64,000 nucleotides of DNA from the NCBI RefSeq assembly GCF_963921235.1, contig NC_086110.1, positions 37,820,001-37,884,000 on the forward strand, written 5' to 3'. This document shows positions 12,944-24,089 of the stretch, piece by piece. The notes beneath the pieces were generated by a model, which made no database searches, was not told the origin of the DNA, and saw only the letters and a program-made list of their open reading frames with translations. The position numbers were made by a program, and so were the translations under genes. Source of the stretch: Mobula hypostoma. Its lineage: Eukaryota. The number at the start of each line of letters is the position of its first letter. The stretch's first letter is position 1.

Positions 12944-13420
12944 TTCAAAGTTTCAAAGTAAATTTATTGTCAAAGTACGTATGTCAAAGTACATTTATTA
13001 TCAGAGTGTATGACACCCTAATAAAATCACAGAAGTAGTTAAAACAAAGTAATAAAAGTACAGGAACCGCAGAGTCCGCGATAGTGAGTCCACAACGGAG
13101 CCTGTTCAGTGCTGAGGCACGTGCAACCCATCCGGGAGCCGGAGGCATCAACTGCTCCCGAACCTGGCAGTGTGGGACGCAAGGCTCTTGCAACTCCCAC
13201 CCGGTGGTAGCAGTGAGAATCAGAATCAGGTTTATTATCACCGACATGTGTCGTTAAATTTGTTAACTGAGCAGCAGCAGTTCAAAGCAATACATAATAT
13301 AGAAGGAAAAAAATCAATCAATCAATTACAGTGTATGTATATTGGAGATGAAAAATCCTGTAAACACAGTAATAATATATATTGAAAAAGTGAGGCAGTG
13401 TTCACGGATTCAATGTCCAT
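12944..13420 (-). mobile_element. Two Rex1/Babar 3' tails
   Basis: CAAAGT repeat + TTTATT, and GAATCA repeat + GGTTTATTATCAC; the latter is the reverse complement of the Rex1 end at 23150-23187. Confidence 0.55.
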
Positions 13421-13529
13421 TTAGGGGTAGGATGGCGGGGTGGGGAACGAGAGGTGTAAGAAGGGTGATAATCAGGGTACAGGTCAATAGGATTAGGCAG
13501 ATTAATGGACACGATGGGCTGAAGATGGT

Positions 13530-14112
13530 CCTCCACTCTATCTGCCAGAAACGGAACTCCCCAGTGGCCAAACGTTTTAATTCCAATTCTCATTCCCGTT
13601 CTGACGTGTTGATCCATGGTTCCTCTTGTGTCATGATGAGGTCACCCTCAGAATGGAGAAGTGGCATCTTATATTCCATCTGGTAGCCTCCCACAGGGTA
13701 GCACGAAGATCAATTTCTCCTTCCGGTAAAAAAAAATCCCTCCCACTGCCCTCTTCTATTCCCCACTCTGGTCTCTTACCTCTTCTCACCTGCCTATCTC
13801 CTCCCCCTGATGCCTCTCCTCCTCCCCTTTTGCCTATGGTCCACTGTCCTATCCGATTCCTTCCTCTCCAGCCTTTTATCGTTCCTACCCATCTGGCTTC
13901 ACCTATCACCTTCTAGCTATCCCCCTTTCCCTCCACCCACTTCTGTATTTTGGTGTCTTCCCCCTTTCTTTCCAGCCCTGAAGAAGGATCTCGGCCTGAA
14001 GTGCTGACAATTTATTCATTTCTATAGATGCTGCCCAACCTGCTGGGTTCCTCCAGCATTTTGTGTGTTTGTTACTTTGGATTTCCAGCATCTGCAAAAA
14101 TTTCTCATGTTT
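13530..14112 (+). mobile_element. PLE 3' fragment (GIY-YIG C-terminus, pyrimidine tract, degenerate HHR, tail)
   Basis: HSICQKRNSPVAKRFNSNSHSRSDVLIHG / DEVTLRMEKWHLIFHL; CTGAAGAAGGATCTCGGCCTGAA; tail GATTTCCAGCATCTGCAAAAATTTCTCATGTTT. Confidence 0.8.
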
Positions 14113-14493
14113 ACCATAATGACCAGTTTGATCACTTTGCATTGGAATGGGCTTGTTCTTTTTTGTTTTAATTGTGTTCTTTCTTGTAAAACTTGTGTAA
14201 AAGGTATGTTTAATATATGCATTAGTGTGAATATTGTTTAGCATGATGCTATGTGCCCGTGATCCTGCTGCAAGTAAGTTTCTCATTACTCCTGTGCATT
14301 CATTCATCTGTGCATATGACAATAAACTCAACTTTGTCTTTGACAAGGTGAATTCTAGGAGGGTGCTCACAATGGAGGTAAAACCTGGAGCATCACTGGC
14401 CTATATCAGGTAGCCCCACAAAATACTTGGCCCCTTTCCTCACACTGTATGTGACAGAAGATGCACACAACTATATATCAAAAACAATCAAAC

Positions 14494-14655
14494 TCCCAAA
14501 CTCATCTATTGGATGCTGGCTACCAGATTAAAAAGATTTACTTCCTTTAAAAATATGACCCTTTTGTCCAATTACAATCCCAAACTCATTTATTGGATGC
14601 TGGCTACCAGATTAAAAAGATTTACTTCCTTTTAAAGTATTGACCCTTTTGTCCA
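14494..14655. repeat. Tandem duplication, ~84-bp unit x2
   Basis: TCCCAAACTCAT.TATTGGATGCTGGCTACCAGATTAAAAAGATTTACTTCC..GACCCTTTTGTCCA starts at 14494 and 14578. Confidence 0.9.
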
Positions 14656-17105
14656 TGCATTCATTTGAGCTGAATTGCTAGTATACCAAAATTAACAAGA
14701 TTATTTATTTACCAATCCAATTTTAAAGTCATTAACTGCTCATTAACACTAATTTAACCAAGTTAAAATATTCATCAGTTTTGGAAAGGAGCATTGTCTT
14801 TTTGCTAAATGGGTTCAGATTGATTTAATATTAAGCCTTGAGGCGTAAAAAATTTACATCTATATAGTGCCTCCGAACATTCTAGAGTATTTCTTCTGCA
14901 ATTTCCTTCAAGTAGTGACATGATATATTTAAACCCCATTAATTAGGTGGCCCCACATGCTCATGGCATTAGTGATGTTGAACAAGCAGATTTTCCAGAC
15001 AATTGCATGTTATATATTAGAGTATAAATACTCCAACATACTTTTGGCTCTTGGATTTCCAGCATCCGCATACTGTCTCATATATGTACTTTCGGATCTT
15101 GGAGTTTTTGCAATTTAGAGTTTCTTTGGAAGTCAAAACTCATTGCTTATGGCCATTTTATAAAGTGTTTTAAGACCAAAGAAAAGAAAAGCCGAGTGAA
15201 ATTGTATCCATCTGCTACAAACACTAGCTCCGACTGAAGAATAACTAAATTCCAGTGATAAAAATTAGCCTATAAAATAACCAAATTCGTGGCATGACAC
15301 CTACAGAAAAAGTAAGAATACAGAAGCAGCTTTACCACACTTAATGGAAAATTCATTGAATAATGACGTACATATTTGACCATGTAAAAATACAAGCAAG
15401 CATAGGAAAGTTAAACTGCAAGAAAAGTACAAGAAAAATAATAATTCTACGCCATACTGCTTCAAAATGGCAGCAAGTATACCAGCACCCAAGAAGAACA
15501 GCTTGAGCTTCCTAAACAATTATCATCCAGTAGCACATAAGAAATACGAGCAGGAGTCGGCCATCTGGCCCATCGAGCCTGCTCCACCATTCAATAAGAT
15601 CATGGCTGATCTGGCCATGGACTCATCTCCAACTACTTATTTTTTTTCCCCATAACCCTTAATTCTCCTACTATGCAAAAATCTATCCTACCTTGTCTTA
15701 AATATATTTACTGAGGTAGTCTCCACTGCCTCATTGGGCAGAGAATTCTACAGATTCACTGCCCTCTGGGAAAAACAGTTCCTCCTCATCTCTGTCCTAA
15801 ATCTACTCCCCCAAATCTTGAGGCTATGTCCCCTAGTTCTATTTTCACCTATCAGTGGAAACAAATTTCCTGCCTCTATATTATAATTTTATATGTTTCT
15901 ATAAGATCCCCTCTCATTCTTCTGAATTTCAGCAAGTATAGTCCCTGGTGACTCAATCTCTCCTCATAGCCTAAACCCCTCATCTCTGAAATCAATCTGA
16001 TAAACCACCCCCCCCCCCCCCGCGCCACCTCCAAAGCTAATATATCCTTTCTCCAGTAAGGGGGCCAGAACTGCACGCAGTATTTCAGGTGTGGCCTCAC
16101 CATTACCCTGTACAGTTGCAGCATAACCTCCCTGGTCTTAAATTCAATCCCTCTAGCAATGAAGGACAACATCCCATTTGCCTTCTTGATAGCCTGCTGC
16201 ACCTACAAAACAACCTTTTGTGAATCATGTACAAGCACTCCCAAGTCCCTCTACACAGCAGCATGCTGCTGTTTTTTTTTTACCATTTAAATAATAATCT
16301 ACTCTTCCATTTTCCCATCCAAAGTAGATGACTTTGCATTTACCATCATTGTATTCCATTGGCCAGACCCATGACACTCACTTAACCTATCTATATCTCT
16401 CTGCAGACTGTCTTCTGCACAATTTGCTTTTCCACTCAATTTAGTATCATCAGCAAACTTAGATACACCACACTCAGTCCCCTCTTCCAGATTGTTAATG
16501 TATATCATGAACAGTTGCAGGCCCTGCACTGACCCCTGAAGCACACCGCTCACCACTGATTGCCAAACAGAGTAACACCAACTCTCTGCTTTCTATTAAT
16601 TAACCAATCCTCTATCCTTGCTAATACATCATCCCCAACTCTATGCATCCTTATCTTATGGAGAAGTCTTCTACGTGGCACCTTATTGAACCCCTTCTGC
16701 AAATCCAAGTAAATAACGTCCATCTGTTCCCCTCTATTCACTGCACTCCTTATATCCTCAAAGAACTCCAGTAAGTTTGTCAAATAGGACCTGCCTTTGC
16801 TGAATCCATGCTGCGTCTGCCTGATGGATCCATTTCTTTCCAGATGCCTCGCTATTTCTTCTTTAATGATAGCTTCAAGCATTTTCCCAACTACAGATAT
16901 TAAACTAAGTGGCCTAACTTGTCTTTTGCCTACATCCTTTTCAAAATAGTGGCGTGACATTTGTCATCTTCCAATCCGCCGGGTCTGCCCAGAGTCCAGA
17001 GAATTTTGATAAATTATCACCAAAACCTCTACTATAACTTCTGCAACACACATTAAAGTTGCTGGTGAACGCAGCAGGCCAGGCAGCATCACTAGGAAGA
17101 GGTAC

Positions 17106-17141
17106 AGTCAACGTTTCAGGCCGAGACCCTTCGTCAGGACT
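17106..17141 (-). ncRNA. Minimal type I hammerhead ribozyme
   Basis: Minus strand AGTC-CTGACGA-A-GGGTCTCGGCCT-GAAA-CG-TT-GACT; GUU cleavage triplet. Confidence 0.8.
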
Positions 17142-18183
17142 AACTGAAGGAAGAGCTAGTAAGAGATTTGAAAGTAGGAGGGGGAGGGGGAGATCCAAAA
17201 TGATAGGAGAAGACAGGAGGGGGAGAGATGGAGCCAAGAGCTGGACAGGTGATTGGCAAAAGGGATATGAGAGGATCATGGGACAGGAGGCCCAGGGAGA
17301 AGGAAAAGAGAGAGCGGGGGGAAAAACCCAGAGGATGGGCAAGGGGTATAGTCAGAGAGACAGAGGCAGAAAAAGGAGAGAGAGTGGAAGAATGTGTGTA
17401 TATAAATAAAAACGGATGGGGTACGAGGGGGAGGTGGGACATTAGCGTAAGTTAGAGAAGTCAATGTTCATGCCATCAGGTTGGAGGCTACCCAGACGGA
17501 ATATAAGGTGTTGTTCCTCCAACCTGAGTGTAGCTTTATCTTTACAGTAGAGGAGGCCGTGGATAGACATGTCAGAATGGGAATGGGATGTAGAATTAAA
17601 ATGTGTGGCCACTGGGAGATCCTGCTTTCTCTGGCGGATAGAGCGTAGGTGTTCAGCAAAATGGTCTCCCAGCCTGCGTCGGGTTGTCCGCCAGAGAAAG
17701 CAGGATCTCCCAGTGGCCACACATTTTAATTCCACATCCCATTCCCATTCTGACATGTCTATCCACGGCCTCCTCTACTGTAAAGATGAGGCCACACTCA
17801 GGCTGGAGGAACAACACCTTATATTCCGTCTGGGTAGCCTCCAACCTGATGGCATGAACATTGACTTCTCTAACTTCCGCTAATGCCCCACCTCCCCCTC
17901 GTACCCCAACCATTATTTATTTATATACACACATTCTTTCTCTCTCTCTCCTTTTTCTCCCTCTGTCTCTCTGACTATACCCCTTGCCCATCCTCTGGGT
18001 TCACCCCCCCTCCCACTTGTCCTTCCCCCTGGGCCTCCTGTCCCATGATCCTCTCATATCCCTTTTGCCAATCACCTGTCCAGCTCTTGGCTCAATCCCT
18101 CCCCCTCCTGTCTTCTCCTATCATTTTGGATCCCCCCCCTCCCCCTTCAACTTTCAAATCTCTTACTAGCTCTTCCTTCAGTT

Positions 18184-18219
18184 AGTCCTGACGAAGGGTC
18201 TCGGCCCGAAACGTCGACT
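18184..18219 (+). ncRNA. Minimal type I hammerhead ribozyme, full consensus; predicted cleavage after 18215
   Basis: Stem I AGTC/GACT, CTGACGA core, stem II GGGT-CTCG-GCCC, GAAA, palindromic ACGT stem III, GUC triplet. Confidence 0.9.
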
Positions 18220-19010
18220 GTACCTCTTCCTAGAGATGCTGCCTGGCCTGCTGCGTTCACTAGCAACTTTGATGTGTGTTGCTTGAATTTCCAGCATCTG
18301 CAGAATTCCTCGTGTTTGCGACTATAACTTCTGCCATTTCTTTCAGTACCTTGGGATGCGTTCCATCAGGACCAGGAGACTTATCTATCTTCAGGCCCAC
18401 AAGTTTACTCAGCAGTACCTCTTTAGTGATAGCTATTGTATCGAGGTCCTTACCTCCCATCGCATCAATAACATTTCTCTTTGGCATGTTAGACGTGTCC
18501 TCCCCCATGAAAGCCGACACAATATAGTCATTCAAAGCCTCTGCCATTTCCTCATTACGCAATATTAATTCCCCCTTCTCTTCCTCCAAGGGACCTACGT
18601 TCACTTTAGCCACCCTTTTCAGTTTTATATAATTATAAAAACTTTTACAATCCAACTTTACGTTTTGTGCTAGTTTATTTTCATAATCTACATATCTTCC
18701 TTTATTGCTCGCTTTGTGCTTCTTTGTTGTTTTTTAAAGTCTTCCCAATCTTCCGGTTTCCCACTACTCGACAACTTTGTACGCACGAGCTTTTAGATTG
18801 ATACCTTCTTTTATTTCCTTAGTTATCCAAGGCTGACTCTCCACACCCTTAATGTCCTTGCTTTTAACTGGGAATATACTTTTGTTGAGCACCGTGAAAA
18901 ATCTCTATGAAAGTCTTCCACTGTTTCTCACCATATAGCCTGTGTTTCCACTCTACCCTATCCAACTCCTCCCTCATCCCATTGTAGTCTCCCTTGTTTA
19001 GGCATAATAA

Positions 19011-19147
19011 AAACATAGAAACATAGAAAATAGGTGCAGGAGTAGGCCATTCGGCCCTTCGAGCCTGCACCACCATTCAGTATGATCATGGCTGATCATC
19101 CAACTCAGAATCCTGTACCAGCCTTCCCTCCATACCCCCTGATCCCT
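19011..19147 (-). mobile_element. Very short 5'-truncated CR1 (3' UTR only) inserted in CR1 ORF2
   Basis: (AAACATAG)n tail + GGTGCAGGAGTAGGCC..GGCC..CCTGCACC stem-loop, as at the 3' end of 27682-30923. Confidence 0.85.
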
Positions 19148-19977
19148 TGGTTTTAGATCGAACTATTGCACCCTCCATTTGTATGAGAAACTCTACCATA
19201 CTGTGATCACTCTTTCCAACAGGATCCCTAACTACGAGATTGCTAATTTTACCTGTCTCATTGCACAGGACCAGATCCAAGATAGCATGTTCCCTTGTAG
19301 GTTCAGTAACATGCTGTTCAAGAAAGCCATCACAGATGCATTCGATGAAGTCAAGACTCCTTCAACCAACTTGATTCACCCAATCTATGCGTGGGTTAAA
19401 ATCCCCCACAATAACTGCTGTTCCATTCTACATGCCTCAGATATTTATCTGTTTATTGTCTGAGTCACTGTAATGTTATTATTTGGTGGCCGATAGGCAA
19501 CTCCCACCAGTGACTTTTTCCCTTTACTATTCCTAATCTCTACCCAGAAAGATTCAATATTCTGTCCCTTAGATCTTACATGGTTTCTCACTACCACCCT
19601 GATCTCATCCTTAGTTAAGAGCACTACCCCACCTTCCTGCCTATCCTTCGATATTACCTGATATCCTTGGATATGTAATTCCAAATCATCTCCACCCTGC
19701 AACCACATTTCAGTAACGGTCACTAAATCATATCCCTTTGTATTGATTTGTGCCACAAGTTCACTGACCTTGTTTCGAATACTACAGGCATTCAGATAAA
19801 GTGCCTTTATTGTGCTTTTAAAATCTTGTAATCTTGTTCTCTTTTGCACTTGGCTTTTCTTTACTCCACTCTTACTTTTCTCCTTTTTCTCTTTTGCTTT
19901 TTCTTTATCTTTATCCACACTTTTCTCTTTTACTTTATCCATAGGTATCCAATCTGTTGAACCCACCCCACTACTAT

Positions 19978-20935
19978 TTAGTTAAAAGCCTATCCAAAGC
20001 CCGAGTTATGCAATTTGCTAGAATCCAGGTCTCATCACAGTTCAAGTGGAGCCCATCCCATTGGTACAGCTCTCTCCTTCCCTAGTACTGGTGCCAATTT
20101 CCCATGAATTCAAACCCACTTCTCCCACACCAATCCTTGAGGCACGCATTAAACTCTCTAATCTTGACCCTATGTCAATTTGCACGTGGCTCAGGTAGTA
20201 ATCCAGATATTACCACTTTTTTTGGTTCTGCTTTTTAATTTAGTCCCTAGCTGCTCAAATTCCCTCAGCAGAACCTCTTTTCTCATTCTACCTATGTCGT
20301 TGGTACCCACATGGACCACGACAACTGGATCTTTCCCCTCCCACTGCAAATTCCTCTGCAGGTCAGATAAAATGTCCCGAACTCAGGCACTAGGCAAGCA
20401 ACACAGCTTTCAGGATGCCCTATCCTCACGACAGAAAACTCTGTCTATTCCACTGACTATACTATCCCCAATTAACACTACACTTCTCTGCTCTCCTTCC
20501 TTTTGTATGGCTCCCTGCACTACAGGGCCACAGTTAGGTTGTTCATCCTTTGAACAGCCCCCACTCTCACCCACACAGGGAGCAAGAATCTCAGAGCTGT
20601 TGGGCAAACTCAAGGACTGAGGCTCCTCCAGCACTCTCTCTTGAATCCTATTTACCTGCCTCACTCACAGTCACACCCTCTTGTCCCTGACCACATACCG
20701 AATTTGAAGCAGCCAATGTAATGTGCATGACTACCTCCTGAAACAGAGGATCCAGGTAACTCTCCCTTTCCCTGATGTGCAGCAGTGTTTGAAGCTCAGA
20801 TTCCACCTCATCATCTTTGAGCCTGAGTTCCTCGAGCAGCCAGCACTTGCTGCAGATGTGGCCACCAGGAACAACGATGGGATCCACCAGCTCCCAAATC
20901 ATGCAGCTACAGCACATCACCTGATCCTGTATCAT
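19978..20935 (-). pseudogene. CR1 ORF1 (N-terminal CxxC..CxxC finger, coiled coil, SGNH esterase-like domain), disrupted
   Basis: MIQDQVMCCSCMIWEL..HICSKCWLLEELRLK; VVLIGDSIVSGIDR; WDGLHLN near the end. Confidence 0.85.
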
Positions 20936-22224
20936 CCCTTATTTAATTAGCTATAATTTAGTGACTTTTTATTCAACCACTACAATAGCCTTACCTGCTA
21001 CTTACCTGTGCCTCCCCGCCGAAGCCTATAGAGACAAAGCCTCAAGTTCCCACTCCTACACTGGTCCACTCACACAATTGCCGTTCCACTTTGACCCTGG
21101 TTTATTTTTATATGCTCCTGCTAATGAATCACAAATTGATTTGTCCACCGCTAATCTATGGCGATGAAGTGCCTTGAGAAGATGGTTATGGATAGAATTA
21201 ACTCCTGTCTTATCAAGGACCTGGACCTACTTCAATTTTTCTATTGCCACAATAGGTCTACAGTGAACGCGATATCATCGGCACTTCACATGGCCTTGGA
21301 TCACCTAGACAATACAAATAGCTATGTCAGGATGCTGTTTATTGACTGCGGCTCAGTGTTTAACACTGTAATTCCTATTCTTCGGATCGAAAAGATCCAG
21401 AACCTGGGTCTCCTCAACTGGATCCTTGACTTCCTAACTAGAAGACCTCAATCTGTGCGGATTGAAAATAACATTTCCACATCGCTGACAATCAACACTA
21501 GCGCACCTCAGAGATGGGTGCTTAGCCCACTGCTCTATTTGCCCCACACCCATGACTGTGTGGTTAGGCACAGCTCAAATGCCATCTATAAATTTGCTGC
21601 GATACAGCCATTGTTGGCAGAATTTCAGGAAGGGAGTGAGCATCTTCAAGTTCCTGGTTGTCAGTCTCTGAGGACCAAACTCGGACCCAACATATCGATG
21701 AAGCTACAAAGACACGACAGTGGCTATATTTCATGAGGAGTTTGAGGAGATTTGTATGTCACCAAAGACACTCGCAAATTTCTACAGATGTACGATGGAG
21801 AACATTTTAACTGGTTGCAACACTGTCTGGTATGGGGGGAGGGGGGTCTATTGAACAGGATCAAAGTAAGCTGCAGAGAGCTGTAAACTGTTAGCTCCCT
21901 CATGGGCACTAGCCTCCATAGTGTCCAGGACATCTTCAATGAACGATGCCTTGAATTAGAACACCAGCATCTGTCAATAAGTATCCCCATCACCCAGGTC
22001 ATGCCCTATTCTCACTGCTGCCATCAGGTAGGAGGTACAGATGCCTGAAGGTGCCACTCAGTGATTCAGGAACAGTTTCTTTTTTATTTTTTTAAATTTC
22101 TGGTTTTGCACTAATTGTTTAAATTTAACTATTTACTATATATATGCTTATTATAATTAATGTTTTTCTCTATTATTATGTATTGCATTGTACAGCTGCT
22201 GCAAAGACAACAAACTTCATGCCA

Positions 22225-23136
22225 CACACAAAAAATGCTGGTGAATGCAGCAGGCCAGGTAGCATCCATAGGAAGAGGTACAGTCAATGTTTCGGGCCAG
22301 GACTCAGCCCGAAACATCGACTGTACCTCTTCCTATGGATGCTGCCTGGCCTGCTGCGTTCACCAGCATTTTTTGTGTGTGTTGCTTGAATTTCCAGCAT
22401 CTGCAGATTTCAATAGACAATAGACAATAGGTGCAGGAGTAGGCCATTCGGCCCTTTGAGCCAGCACCACCATTCACTGTGATCATGGCTGATCATTCAC
22501 AATCTGTACCCTGTTCCTGCCTTCTCCCCATATCCCGTACTCCACTATCTTTAAGAGCTCTATCTAACTCTTTCTTGAAAGAATCCAGAGAATTGGCCTC
22601 CACTGCCTTCTGAGGCAGAGCATTCCACAGATCCACAACCCTCTGTGTGAAAAAGTTTTTCCTCAACTCCATTCTAAATGGTCTACTCCTTGTTCTTAAA
22701 CTGTGGCATCTGGTCCTGGACTCCCCCAACATCGAGAGCATGTTTCCTGCCTCTAGCATGTCCAATCCCTTCATAATCTTATATGTTTCAATCAGATCCC
22801 CTCTCATCCTTCTAAATTCCAGTGTATACAACCCCAGTCACTCCAATCTTCCAACATATGACAGTCCCGCCATCCCGCGAATTAACCTCGTGAACCTACG
22901 CTGCACTCCCTCAATAGAAAGAATGTCCTTCCTCAAATTTGGAGACCAAAACTGTAAACAATATTCCAGGTGTGGTCTCACCAGGGCCCTGTACAACTGC
23001 AGAAGGACTTCTTTGCTCCTATACTCAATTCTCCTTGTTATGAAGGCCAGCATGCCATTAGCTTTCTTCACTGCCTGCTGTACCAGCATGCTTACTTTCA
23101 GTGACTGATGAACTATTTCCCCGTGTTTGCTTTTTT
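22225..23136. mobile_element. PLE hairpin insertion (arms ~22225-22298 and ~22306-22380) whose tail is split by a CR1
   Basis: Near-perfect inverted repeat folding at the HHR; tail resumes as ATTTCCCCGTGTTT at ~23115-23128; TSD AAACTTCATG(C/A)CA at 22212-22224 and 23137-23149. Confidence 0.85.
22411..23113 (-). mobile_element. 5'-truncated CR1
   Basis: QQAVKKANGMLAFI..RPHLEYCLQFWSP..FFTQRVV; (AATAGAC)n tail. Confidence 0.92.
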
Positions 23137-23241
23137 AAACTTCATGACATTTGCCGCTGGTATTAAACATGATTCTGATTCTGATTCATAACCCAACAGT
23201 AATTCAATTTACTATTCTTATCTAAAGTTGTTACACAGTAG

Positions 23242-23839
23242 CAGACATCCCACCTCTCCCGGAAGTTCTGGGAGTCTCCCGCATATTAATAGTGGCTCCC
23301 TGATGCCCGCAAATTATATATGATATCACGGAAATCAATTTTTTTGAGAGAGAGTGAGAGAGAGAAAACAAGAGAGAGTGCAAGAGCGGCCATGAGAGAG
23401 AGTGAGAACAAGCAAGTGAGAGCGCGTGAGTGAGAGAGCGAGCGCAAGAGCGACCACGAGAGAGAACGCGCGAGCGAGAGCGCACCATGACAGAGTGTTC
23501 CAAAAAGAGAAAATATAAAATGTCCGTCACCCCAGACTACACTAAAGTGTACCCCTCCCTAATAGGGGTCAAAAATAATGACAGTGTTGCTCGCTGCACT
23601 GTTTGCAACAGTGACTTTTCTATTGCCCATGGTGGGTTAAGACTGTAAAAGACATGTTGAGGTGAGTTTAACAGGTGCCATTCGTTCACTAGCATAACTA
23701 ACGTTATTTAAACTAGCTGGCTAGCTGCTCAGGAGCTACTCTATTGCAGACATCCCACCTCTCCCGGAAGTTCCGGGAGTCTCCTGCAAATTGATGGTGC
23801 TACCTCCCTGAAATGAGTTTTTGCAGCTTGGGATGTCTG
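23242..23839 (+). mobile_element. Non-autonomous hAT-like DNA transposon with 11-bp TIRs and 6-bp TSD
   Basis: TIR CAGACATCCCA (23242-23252) / TGGGATGTCTG (23829-23839); CAGTAG on both sides; internal ARCTVCNSDFSIAHGG..DCKRHVE zinc-finger relic followed by donor GTGAGT. Confidence 0.75.
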
Positions 23840-24089
23840 CAGTAGAATCAGAAACTTCCTAGTGAAACTAGTAAGTTTAAAGGGAGCAGAGGAATAGAGG
23901 TGCCAGTAATTTGAAGGGAGTGCTGTAGCAGGGTTCTGCTGTGGGAATGGGAACATGGGATCTGGAGTCCTAGTGAGTCAAATGCAAAGGCATCAGAATT
24001 TTTGATCATTGGAGTTTAACTTTAATGACCAATCTGTTTCCAGTGACTTAGCTCAGGAATAAATGTAGCCCTGGGCTCAGATTCTCTCT

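Larger units (their letters stand above)
17045..18320. mobile_element. Large palindromic PLE insertion: inverted arm 17045-17685, forward arm ~17686-18320
   Basis: Both arms encode the GIY-YIG C-terminus RQRKQDLPVATHFNSTSHSHSDMSIHGLLYC..RLEEQHLIFRLGSLQPDGMNIDFSN; 14-bp TSD ACTATAACTTCTGC at 17031-17044 and 18321-18334. Confidence 0.93.
15538..21150 (-). mobile_element. Essentially full-length, decayed CR1 LINE (5' UTR, ORF1, ORF2, 3' UTR)
   Basis: ORF1 zinc finger + esterase; APE endonuclease LYLNACSIRNK/VTEMWL; RT QHGF..YLD..FADDTK; 3' stem-loop near 15545-15590. Confidence 0.92.
15450..23187 (+). mobile_element. Rex1/Babar LINE split into pieces (15450-15537, 21150-22224, 23137-23187) by nested insertions
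   Basis: CFKMAASIPAPKKNSLSFLNNYHPVA continues as MAMKCLEKMV..QF.Y.HNRST..RMLFID..FNTVIP at 21158; (GATTCT)n 3' tail at 23170-23187. Confidence 0.8.

Noticed and set aside
17569-17883. Mirror-image ORFs 17569-17883(+) and 17442-17756(-) as novel proteins
   Set aside because: Chimeric read-throughs across the palindrome centre; only the C-terminal halves are real GIY-YIG sequence
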